DNA of 64,000 nt, from the NCBI GenBank assembly GCA_002633005.1, contig NMRA01000736.1, positions 1 through 64,000 of the forward strand, in the 5' to 3' direction. The notes beneath the pieces were generated by a model. The model worked only from the letters and a program-made list of their open reading frames with translations. It was not told the DNA's origin and did no database searches. This DNA is from Phoronis australis. Lineage: Eukaryota; Animalia; Phoronida. The position numbers and the translations under genes were made by a program. Positions 1 through 12,500 of the stretch are shown piece by piece (the stretch's first letter is position 1; each line of letters starts with the position of its first letter).

Positions 1-442
1 TGATAAGGTACGTGCGTGTTAACTTTCGACTTCAAATAAAAGTAGGGTACAAGCATTTTAATCGAAACCACTTTTTCTTTCGAAAGGATAGTGCTGTGTA
101 AAACGCTAGCAGGTCTAGCCGAAATGACAATTTTCCAGCTCGATGAAGGTAGATTTCGTTGTCTTCGGTGATGATGTGGAGGTCACCAACGTGCATTACT
201 ACGGTCTCTGAATTATAAATAAATCTCGCAATACAGAAATATTATCAATCTACTGAACATTCAAAACGCTACTGGTGTGAGTAAAATATTTTAGAGACAA
301 AACATTACATATTTTAACCTATTCACTTGCCGTGGATTATTAGACTCGGTATACATATAGTTTGTTTGAGTGCTACTAAGTATATAAACGCGTGCTCTCG
401 TGGCTGCCAGGGGTCGAGTACTTTCATTGCCCTACAATGTAG

Positions 443-580
443 TTCCTTTGCAGGCTGCCATGGGGGTGTGCTCTCAAGATCCGTGCCACGGAAATGGACG
501 ATGCGTCGACTTGAATACACCAGAGGAGTTTCTTTGTATTTGCAAACGTGGCTGGGACGGAAAAAACTGCACAGAGAAAT
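443..580 (+). CDS. EGF-like domain exon
   Basis: VPLQAAMGVCSQDPCHGNGRCVDLNTPEEFLCICKRGWDGKNCTEK; tag acceptor (an alternative cag lies at 453); gtaatg donor, phase 1. Confidence 0.85.
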
Positions 581-3500
581 GTAATGTCAAATTTGCATGA
601 TTTACATTGATTTATACGTGACTGAGTTAACGTTGGACTTTGACCAATTTAAATGGCTATTCAACGAAAATGGAATTAGGCCGTTTACTCTGAAAACATC
701 GTTGTCACCTTGTTGCTTACCGTAACAGGCGTTCAGTAGCGCTAGGACCTACGCTAGATACTAGCTATAATATAGCAAAAGTCACTTGTTCTCATTAAAA
801 AAAATCTAAAGATCTCAAGTAATCTCGCGATGTCTTGCTTTTTGCGAGGTCTCAGCGTTACCGAATGGGAGACAAAGTTGCATTTCCGTCAGCAATCTTC
901 TAAACTGAAACAACCAACCGCTACTGATTACGGCAACACATGCGGGCATCCTGGGGGAGGGGCTCGCGGCTCGAACGAGCCTCAATTTGGCGAAGTGGGC
1001 AAAAGTTCCGCTTCAGAAAAACAGAAAGTCATAGAAAACGAAACAAAAGCCCACTAAAAAGACATGAATTCGGCGTGAATGCATAATTCGTAGCTCAGGA
1101 CTTGGTACCTCGTTTTTACTTTGTAGTCCTCGTTTTTGTTTTTTAATAAAAGGTCAACATTCTCAAAATTTCTACCCCCCTATATTTCAGGCTGGGTGCG
1201 TGCATGCAATAGGACTCTATCACGGTGAAGAATTTTATTAATACCGACATTATGTCATCAAAAGGCCCAATTTTAATTTCGTTTTAGTCTGATAAACAGG
1301 GCGACATGAAACCTCAAGCAACAGCATGTCAAACTATTCAGTGGTTCTCGTTCGGATTGTGTTTTACACTGATTTTGTTTCAACATGTTTTCAGCGGTCT
1401 ATCGCTCCAAAGCGACGAGAAATGTTCTTTATAAAATAACATGATAACTTTGTTTGAACAAGAGGCCTCCGATCCCCAGTTCACAATTGTATATAAAGAT
1501 TTTATACATGGGGACAGTCATTAAAAATATAATATTTCGCTCCTGATTATTACTCTTTGTATATAAATTGAATTGTTTTTTTTTAATTTTAATTTTAATT
1601 TTAATTTGTTTGCTGTTTGTTAAAAAGAAACCTGATATCGTGGTTTCTATCATGGCATCGCGATATGAACCAACCTGGACAACGTAACATGAAGCTCCCA
1701 TCTTCTCTTCGGGGACAACTATTTTTCTGCCGTTTTCAATTTCTAATGTGCCGTGAGTTGAACATCTACAGCAGATTTCATGAAGGTGGTTTAACAAAAC
1801 CAGGTTTAAGACTTTAAGCTAGTCTTCCTAAACCTGGTCTAATTTTGGACTTGCATTTCACCAGCGTGGTTTAAAAGTCTGAAAGCCTGGTTTTGTTAGA
1901 CCAGGGATAGGGTTTACTAAAACCAGGCTAAAAGTACTTGTCTCAAACTGCCCATGTGGTTCCAGTATCCGAAAATATTTACTACATAAAATCTTATTTT
2001 CGACACTCTTTCTTTATATTCTTTTCGCCGTTCTTGCCAAAAGCGATTTTTTAACAGTATTTGACCCTTCTCTGTGAGCGTATAATTACCGGCTGTCATC
2101 GGTTATTTCCGTACCCACATTTCCGGCTCATCAGTTCAGGAACTTGTCCTGAACGCCGCCATTTTTTCCTTGTAACTGAATGTGCTATCGCTTGCTCGAA
2201 AAGTCTCCATTATTTTGCTTTATTAGTAATATCTCCTGATTCGTTTGTGCGTTTACTGAATTTATAGTTTGTAGTTAGTGGTCGTTGATTTTTTTTGGAA
2301 TGTTACGCGTGCTTATTATGTTAAAATAGCATTCGTGTTTAGTTCCTTATGTAGGGCGGTCGAACCTAGAAACCAATATGAGCCGAACCAATTTTTGATT
2401 TTTTTTTTTCGTTTTGAAAAAGTGCTTTGCTATCTTCGGAAAAGTAATGCATTCTACTCAGTAAAAATCGAAAAAGTATCAAAATCGGGGCAAGCTCTGT
2501 AAAGTTATTGCAATTTTTGTGGCGAAATTTGGGTCACTTTGTTTGGATCGCGTCGGCGTATTGGAGGACAGCGGTATAAGTTACGAGTTTAGAAGTTTGT
2601 GTAAATTGTTTCCGCCAACAATTTACGGTGGAATTTATTGAGACATATATTTACTAACTATTTTGCACGACTGAACAGTGTTCACCAAATTTCAGCCTCG
2701 CAGTTGTTACTCATTAAGTGATAAATGTGCTCACAATTCCCGTTGGACTTATCTCATTTCTGGCGGCACCGACAACATGGCGACTTTTGCTGAACTGGAA
2801 GGCATGTTCAACCTGTTACTTTGTAATTTGTGAAGATTTAACGTTGATACATTTTGACAAACGTTGCTACAAAAAGGAACTTTGTTCAATTTTCGGTGTT
2901 TTTGGTGCAAAAATATGATATATTCGAATTATTTTACTGTGATTTTCCCATGCAGGTGACCTTACACTAAGCTAAAAAATGGTTGAAATAATTTTGAAAT
3001 GGTTTTTTGTTTGACTATCAACTGCTGTTCAAGGCTTGATTAGGTGTCACAAAATGATTCATTTTTTTCTAAATTTTAAGTCTCAATTGCTTTCAAGTCA
3101 AGTTTTGTAACTTATTGCTTCTTAATTCAGGTTATCAAGTCAACAATATGAATAATCTTAATTTTGAGAAATAAGCTATGTTTGATTGTGAAGCTTCAAG
3201 TCTCCAATTCTTGTTCCTTGCAACTTCATATTTTTTAATCATGCTTGTCAAATTCTGGTGTAAGGAAACACTATTCGGTCACCAAAGTAATAGTTACATG
3301 TACATGTATGTCCACTTTCATATCGTGGAAACTTTTGCTGTTGAATAGTGTTTGTAATGCTAAATTTTGTAAAGTATTGTGCATTTTAAGTTACTTATTA
3401 TGTTAAAAGGTTGAATCATTTTGGCTTATAATGAATAAAAAATGATAACATTTTGTATAATTGGACTTATCATACTTATGTGCTCGAACGAGCCCCCTAT

Positions 3501-6500
3501 TTGGAGAAATGGAAAAAAGTCTGCCTCAGTCAAAGAAGCACGAACTCCGAAAAAAGTAGAAAACGAGACGATATTCCACTAGAAGACAGGAAGTTCCCAA
3601 ATTCATAACTTTGAACATACTCAGTGAATCTTATAGTAAAAGATAGGCATTCCCAAAAAATTCGAGCCCAGTGGCGGATATAGAAGGGGCCAAGGGGGCC
3701 ATGGCCCCCTAAAATTCTCCCAGATTACATTTGGCAGTTCGGGGGTGCGAATTTTTGACGGGAAAATCCTGGCTAATACTCTGTCCTGGACCCCCTAACT
3801 CAAAATCTTGGATCCGCCCCTGCAGCCCCCCATTTTTAAGCTTGGTGCGCTCATACAAAGTCTGGGAAAATCTCTGTTGAAAGCCAACAACTTTGCACAG
3901 TTCGCCAGAAGTACCCAAGTTCTAAATAAACCTCGTTTGAGCGAGCGCTGTGGCCAGCGACCAGGTAGGCCTAAGGGTAACCTTGGCCCAAAGCTGTATT
4001 TTGACGGTAGTCTTAATACTGGTAGCTGGCACTGAGTCTAGCTAAGGGCTGCCGCGGCAGTGTGACACAGGATTAACCAGCCCGTAATTTTATGCAAGTG
4101 TCTGAAACTACCTTTAAATATATACGGCATTTACATGTATGATGTGAACATTTCACTTCGACAAAACAGCTTGCAACCGCATGCCCTTACCGTTCGCCAG
4201 GGTCTTGTCTCGCTCCGCACCGGGTCCAATAGGCTGCGGTCCCGAGCCCGACAAATTTTCTGCCAAAATTTATTCGCCACATTTCTTCAGAAAATTCGAT
4301 AAAATTGTCCGTATTTTGGTTTTATTAAAAAAAAGGCGCGCTGTCCATTATATTATCCCCGTTTGCAGGCTAGTAACAGGCACTCGTCCATTCACACTGA
4401 CGGCGTTTTCTTAGCCTGGGTTCCTGAACGAATTGTACTTCCGGGTTCGCGGCATGTTCAAAATGGCGGTGGTTCTTCGGGTGCGAATCGTGAGTGGCCC
4501 GTTCATTTAAACTTTTTTCGAGTACGGATCGTGTATTAGTTATGGGGTAGGTACTTCTTGGATTCTTGTAACATCATCTAACCATGTAATAAGGGTTAAC
4601 AACGTGTGAGACAAGGACTTTAAAGTATCCAAGCCACCCTAATGTGAAGTACTTGAATGAAACCTTGATCACGTGGGTATACATGTACATGTACAATGAC
4701 ACACAGTAGTAGAATCAGTGCAGACATTTACGAAAAAGAACTAAAAGCTTTTTTCATGAGGAAAAATGTAATGTCTTTGCCCAACACATGTGCACACTAT
4801 GCTCACCATTAACCACAAAATAATAAAAGCCCAAATTTATTTCCGTGTTATTTTAGTATTTATTTTTGCGGCCAAAGGGGGCAGGACCCCTGTCCGGGTA
4901 CATTGAATAGGGGACCAATAGAGGTGGGACTCGGTTAGAAAAATCAGAAGATGCCGTCTTCAGTCAAACCCGTAGCGCTCACGACTTTGACATCGTGCTC
5001 GACCAGTCGTATTCTGAGGAGTCCAAAGGACACCCCGGGCCTGCAACACGTACTGGTCTGCACAGTAGGATCCAAGGGGGTTCGGACACCCCTTTTCCAT
5101 TTATATAAATTCATAATTTTCGAATTGTTGACTTGGTCCCCCTTTTAAAAATCCTTCATACGACCCCCCTTTAAAAAGTTTGGATCCGCCCCTGATACAT
5201 TGTACGTTTGATCTCGTAATGTTGTAAAAGTGAAAATTGAAAATGTCCAATCTCACTCTATAACTGCGATGTAAATGCACATCGCGGCCTCATTCACCTA
5301 TACCGTACAAGTCTGGCATATTTAACAGTATTAAACCTGGGTCTGACCAAGTTTAAAGTCAAACCTGGTATAAGATCTTAATACAGGTCTAAGGAATATA
5401 GACCTCGTTAGTGAAATGAAAATTGACTTAGACCAGGTCTAAACTGAAGTTAAACCAGGTTTTACTAGACTACATGTACTGGTAGTCTTTAAGTTAAACC
5501 ACCTTTATGAAATGCAGATTATCTTTAAACCTGGACTAAGTCCATGCAGTTTAAACCAGGTTTAACTTTAAATCACCTTTATGAAATTAGCTGCTAATGT
5601 TCGTTATTTAAAAAATCTGCTGCTTCTTCGTCTCCCCAAATAAATACTTTTGAGAACTCACACTTAACTGTTCTGTAAAACTCACCCTTTTTATATTTTG
5701 TACTACCGATTAAACCAACTTTGACTGATCATCCTCTGTTTGAATTCCTATAAAATATTGCTCATTGCCCACTCCCTGATTCAACCACACATGACCAAAA
5801 CCAGTTGTACACTGTACATGTATACAACAAATTTTTGATACAGATACACCAAATGCCTTTGGTACGGGGTAAGCCTAATAAACACAAATTTGTTATTTAA
5901 ACTCGATGTACGAAATATTTTATATGCGATTTTTTATTTTATCAAAAGTTTGGCTTATAAAAGGGTGCTGTGAAAATGCAGAATTCACCTGGAATTGTGA
6001 TATCTTGGCTAATTTACCTTAGGTGACTATTAAAACCTCCGGAATAAACCTGAAATCGTTAATTCTCAATGTTCAAGTTAATACTATCGAAGTACACCAC
6101 ATTTCTTAGACGTCGTTGCTTGGTCGGCTTGGGAACCATGGCAACCGTGCTCAGTTTCCTGTGGCGAAGGATGGCAGAAAAGGCAGCGNTAAAAGCCCAA
6201 ATTTATTTCCGTGTTATTTTAGTATTTATTTTTGCGGCCAAAGGGGGCAGGACCCCTGTCCGGGTACATTGAATAGGGGACCAATAGAGGTGGAATCAGA
6301 AGATGCCGTCTTCAGTCAAACCCGTAGCGCTCACGACTTTGACATCGTGCTCGACTAGTCGTATTCTGAGGAGTTCAAAGGACGCCCTGCAACACGTACT
6401 GGTCTGCGCAGTCGGATCCAAGGGGGTTCGGACACCCCTTTTTCCATTTATATCAATTCATAATTTACAAATTGTTGACTTGGTCCCCCTTTTAAAAATC

Positions 6501-9500
6501 CTTCATACGACCCCCCTTTAAAAAGTTTGGATCCGCCCCTGATACGTTTGATCTTGTAATGTTGTAAAAGTGAAAATTGAAAGTGTCCAATCTCGCTCTA
6601 TAACTGCGATGTAAATGCACATCGCGGCCTCATTCACCTATAACGTACAAGTCTGGCATTTTTAACAGTATTAAACCTGGGTCTGACCAAGTTTAAAGTC
6701 AAACCTGGTATAAGATCTTAATACAGGTCTAAGGAATATAGACCTCGTTAGTGAAATGAAAATTGACTTAGACCAGGTCTAAACTGAAGTTTAACCAGGT
6801 TTTACTAGACTACTGGTCTATAAGTTAAACCACCTTTATGAAATACAGATTATCTTTAAACCTGGTCTAAGTCCAGTTTAAACCAGGTTTAACTTTAAAC
6901 CATCTTTATGAAATAGCTGCCAATGTTTGTTATTTAAAGAATCTGCTGCTTCGTCGTTTCCCCACATAAATACTTTTGAGAACTCAGACTTAACTGCTCT
7001 GTAAAACTCACCCTTTTTATATTTTGTACTACGGATTAAACCAACTTTGAATGATCATCCTCTGCTTGAATTCCTATAAAATATTGCTCATTGCCCACTC
7101 CCTGGTTCAACCACACATGACCAAAACCAGTTGTACAATGTACATGTATACAACAAATTTCTGATACAGATACACCAAATGCCTTTGGTACGGGGTAAGC
7201 CTAATAAACACAAATTTGTTATTTAAACTTGATATACAAAATATTTTATATGAGATATTTTATTTTATCAAAAGTTTGGCTTATAAAGGGGTGCTGTGAA
7301 AATGCAGAATTTACCTGGAATTGTGATATCTTGGCTAATTTACCTTAGGTGACTATTAAAACCTGCGGTATAAACCTGAAATCGTTAATTCACAATGTTC
7401 AAGTTTATACTATCAAAGTACACCACATTTCTTAGACATCGTTGCTTGGTCGGCTTGGGAACCATGGCAACCGTGCTCAGTTTCCTGTGGCGAAGGATGG
7501 CAGAAAAGGCAGCGTTACTGCGCGGACTCCCGTAACATTTCTGTGAGGTCTGAAACCTGCTATGGGGGAGAAGTGGAGATACGTTCGTGCTCTTCTGGTT
7601 CATGTCCAGGTACGACCTACATGTGTTTAGATGTTTAAAGGGAATCTAGGAACAATGTACCAAGCTGTACCAACGGCATATTTTGTGGCAAAAAATCCTT
7701 CAAGAATATGAAAGTTTACTACATATTTTAAGTATCTGAAATTGATAAAATGAGTAATTGCTATGTCTAACGAATACCAAAAATAGAAAAAAAAATGTAA
7801 ATACGCTCATTTATAGATCACCGGAGTGATGAATTTGCTGACTAATGCGACTAGATGTGTAAAGCACCACAAATAAATATTTCGTGTTTGTTTCCTTTGC
7901 CTGGGATCATCGTCAGAATACTGTGGACGGTGTTTGAGAGGTCATTTGATCATATCCTTACAGTGCTGATCGAATCCAACGTCCTATCGAACGCGGCTAG
8001 GCCGCGTCCGGACACGGGTTCCAAACCGCGGTTGGNTGTTTGTTTCCTTTGCCTGGGATCATCGTCAGAATACTGTGGACGGTGTTTGAGAGGTCATTTG
8101 ATCATATCCTTATGTAAAGCAGCGAGACTTGCGTAAGCGATCGCAACCGTTTGACAGAGCGTGCTGTTCAACCGAATGCTTTCTCAATCCTTACACGCTG
8201 GAGATACAAATAGATACGATACAGAAAATGGGAAAGCTTTCAGTTGAACCCAAAACTCGAACCTGGTATTGGGTCGTACATGTGCGTCGAACACCTACTG
8301 TCTCAATGGCGAGTCACATGTCCAACTGGTCACGTGCCTGAGCAACCACCGTTTACTGCATAATCAAAATGCTCCCAGATCGAGGAACAGAAAATGGTAG
8401 ACACTGAAGTATTTTGCTTTAGGTAGAAGATTGGCATTCGAAAATTGCTGACGACTTGTTTCATTTCCAATGAAGTCTATAAATACATTGACTGATTTTC
8501 CGTCAAATAAATTGTGTATGTCGTTGCCTGTTTTTAGCTTGGACGTTTTGGAATGAATGGAGCAGTTGCTCAACGCACCGTACATGTGGTCGTGGCGTTA
8601 AGTCACGATCGCGGGAATGCACAAATGGCGGACGGATTGGGGTTGATAGTGGTTGCTATGGCAACACAGTCGAGAGATCACCTTGCGATGTGCCCGGATG
8701 TGACGGTAAGGTGATGTTTGCAACAGCTATAAAATATTGTAAAAAACCAAAATCTGTTTTTAATTATTAAATTCCAACTTGCTGACATTTGCTGCAAACC
8801 ATCTCGTATCACTCTGTACATCAATCTATGTTACAGCGGCTACTATAGTTCGATCACAGCCCATTATTATTAACACCGCGTACCTTTGTGAAATTGGTTT
8901 CAAGTGTTCCTTAGTCAAAGTGCATGATTTATGAGGTTGGACAGAAATGATAGTTCGTTATTCGCCGATCAAAGTCTCGAGGAATTACGAGCTGCCGATC
9001 AAAGTCTCGAGGAATAACGAACTGTCGATCAAAGTCTCGAGGAATAACGAACTGCCAAATCTTTGCAAGACCGAAAATCACTTCTCTTTTGAGTAAGGAA
9101 CAAGTTGAGATCATTGTTTACCGGTAAGTGGTCTAAATTAAAATTTAGTTTCTTTGACGGAACGCGACTTTGTTGCTTTAAATAATCAACATTAAACAGT
9201 ACACACCATGGATTTTTGCATATTTTGAATTACCGGTGGCCACAAACTAAATGTATGACGTAAAATTTAGCTAAGCTCATGTTTATTTTGTGTAATTAGC
9301 TCGAAAATTTGAGTTTTCTTTCAATTTTGCCAATTTTCACATTTCCCGCCATGTGACGTCATGGGTTGAACACAAGAGATTAGTGACTAGCATTGAACAA
9401 TGACGGAAAGCAGGGAATTTGAAAGCGACGACGATTATGAGCAAACATTGAACGAATACTATGAAGAAACGTACGGGAATGGTGGCCAGGATGAGGAAAT

Positions 9501-12500
9501 GGGGTTGCACGAAAGCGAGAATAAGTTTAATGTGCTTCGGCTGCGTACTTTTCTACTTTGAGCCTTACGAACTGGATCCTCCCGCGAGAGAAGCGACCTC
9601 GGGCTCGGCGAGTCAACCCAGTCATCCAACAGACGATCCTGAACTAAGAGCTGATGTTNCCGATCAAAGTCTCGAGGAATTACGAGCTGCCGATCAAAGT
9701 CTCGAGGAATAACGAACTGTCGATCAAAGTCTCGATGAATAACGAACTGCCCAATCTTTGCAAGACCGAAAATCACTTCTCTTTTGAGTAAGGAACAAGT
9801 TGAGATCATTGTTTACCGGTAAGTGGTCTAAATTAAAATTTAGTTTCTTTGACGGAACGCGACTTTGTTGCTTTAAATATTCAACATTAAGCAGAGACTT
9901 TGTGATTGCAACGTTAAATCTGTCCTCCTTCGTACAATTTATGATAGCGCTGATACGTCTGACTGATGGTGAGACCTTCGGTGAAGGAATAGTCAACATT
10001 TACGATGAAGCACGTAGCGAGTGGGCTGCCATCTGTGGTCAAGACTGGGATGTTACCGATGCATCGGTACTTTGCTGGCAGCTGGGTTTTGACGGAGCTA
10101 CTGAAGGTAATTGATCGTCAGTTTAGTGGAGGTTATTAGATTCGAGCAATATCTTCTTCCACAGGTCTTGGGAAACGGTTAAAAGAAGTGTTAGGACATT
10201 TCTGCAAAAGTTGTCACACGACATCGACGTCACAGTGACGAATTGCTGCAATTTGTTTATAGCGTTTAAAAATTATTTGCAGGCGGTCTGATACACGTTG
10301 AACCAGTCGTGACCAGGTCGCCCATGTGCGCCTATTACACTGATCATCTGGAACCACTTTTATGCTTTATTAATATATAGACAGCAGCTAGAAACGCGAT
10401 TCAAAAGTTTAGGAGTGGGACCTAGATGGATTCGAACCTACGACCTCGAGTGGGGCCACGCTGTCTCCTCTAATGACCTTTAGGTAGTATGCACTAATCT
10501 TTTTCTTTTAGGTGGAGTTGCCGCTGCGTCTTCACGTCTGACGTTGTTAACGAAACTCAACTGTACCGGAAATGAGCTTTCGTTGACTTCTTGCCTTCAC
10601 GCTGGATGGGGAGCGCAATGCGGTGTAGATGAGGGATACGCCTATGCGCGCTGTAAAGGTTTGTATACAATTGATACTGTCCTCTTGCAGCTTCCTGTAC
10701 GTATTCCGGAAATCTGGCCACCAAATATCGAATAGACTTTGTACCAGCTACGCTGTTCTTGCCAAAATGTTGCCACAATTGCGCTTGTGTCAGCAGCGTT
10801 GATATTACGAAAAAGTAAACTTTGGGCAGCTTTATCGCTGCTGCTTAGTGCATTGTTTCCTTTGATTAACATGTTAAAAAATCATCAGGACTGCTTTCTT
10901 AACTGCTTGTTATACATGTATATATTAGGAACATGTTATAAATGACAAATTTAGGATGAATAATAAAACAAGGAGCTTTTTGGACAACGTTATAAAACAT
11001 GAGTTTAAGAGTTAGAAGCGGATTTGTAGTCTTAGCAAATGTACGTCCTCTCTCACTGATGCAAAAATGTCTTTGAATTCAAGTGCACGGTGATTGGAAT
11101 ACCTGGGAATCTTGGAGCCAGTGCTCCGCTAGTTGCTCCAACGGAACTAAAGTTAGACGTAGGAAGTGCGATTATCCCCCAGCACTGAGAGGAGGTCGCT
11201 CCTGTACCGGTGTCAACACCGAATCAACAATGTGTGTAGGTCCGCCTTGCCCTGGTAAGTTTATTCGCGTATTACGATGAATGTTATCATGAGATAAGGG
11301 TCCCCCACTCGTTTTTATATCAGTGACACGATTCCTGTTGAGGAAAAGTCGTAATATCTTAAAAGAAAGTTACTAGAATAGCTTCATGATGTTACACTGT
11401 CTCTCATTGCTGGATAAGTAGGCCTAACGATGACGTCATGTCTTCTTATTCTAATTTTGGAGAACATAAACGAATGCAGATGCCATGTTTATTTTTGTGT
11501 TAAACTGAATTTGAAGCGAAAATGTCGTTGTGTGCTCAGGTTTTTATGAAATACGTTTTAAAGTATTCCACGTTCTTTTAAACACAAGTGACTCATTTGC
11601 GTTCGTTAAACTTTGATTTTTCGTGAATGTAGAAACGTCAGTGGAGTACTTAAATGCTTGCGCTGTTCCTTATGAAAATATTTGGATTGTGTCAGATTTA
11701 CCTACATGTTTGAACGCATCCACGTCAGTACCACACTTAGCTAGGATCTGTTCGTGGCTTTTCCAGTGCATAGCCGTCCTCAGGTCCATTGGCATTTGGA
11801 TCCCATATCTATCGGGTCAATACGTCAATATCCAAAGATTTTTAACGCACTTATTGAATTACACTGGGAAAGGTTCTCCTCATTGTGTTTATAGTATTTA
11901 CATGTATACTTAGAGAAAATCGGACTGCACCATTGGCATTGTTGTCTCTTCTCGTCGTTGAACACGATTTGCACAAAAGTTTTTCATTGGAAGCAATAAA
12001 CTTCACGTACATGTACACTTTGGATGCTTAAACAGTGCACGGCGTTTGGGACACGTGGTCCACATGGGCAACTTGCAACGCTACTTGTGGCGGTGGCAAT
12101 CAGCGCCGTCATCGAGAGTGTGTAGATCCGAAACATGGTGGTATGGATTGTATTGGAAACAGTACTGAGACGAGGCCCTGTAACGAACAGCATTGTCCAG
12201 GTAATTGAAGGTCACTTGATCAACATGTTCACCAGGGGTGTTCTTGTTTCACCAAAACAAATACAAAAGTCAACACATACATGTACATGTACACTGTAAG
12301 GTACTCCATAAGTTATCTTGAAACTTGTTCAACAGAGCAAGGCACATTTTCTGATATCCCTCAGAATTGAAATTTTAAAAGTAAGGAACTTTCTCTAGGA
12401 AATATCAAATACTAAAATTCACGACTTTTAATCAACGATTACGCCACCAAATAAAGCGTAAACAGGTGACTGCAAACATTACACCAGTGCGGTTTTCTCG

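Noticed and set aside
1-276. Possible upstream exons (1-7; 139-203 SMKVDFVVFGDDVEVTNVHYY) of the TSP1 gene
   Set aside because: Joining in frame needs a weak gtctct donor; the stronger donor at 277 gives stops in all frames; no recognisable domain or signal peptide
8965-9058. CRISPR-like 30-bp direct repeats
   Set aside because: The units are contiguous with no spacers, there are no cas genes, and the context is eukaryotic
8929-9809. ORFs with repeated VIPRDFDRQ motifs
   Set aside because: They are translations of a 30-bp minisatellite and a TE on duplicated haplotype sequence, not a protein repeat
10415-10480. tRNA-like B-box (reverse ggttcgaatcc); a similar SINE-like head at about 62833
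   Set aside because: No complete cloverleaf; at most degenerate tRNA-derived SINE fragments
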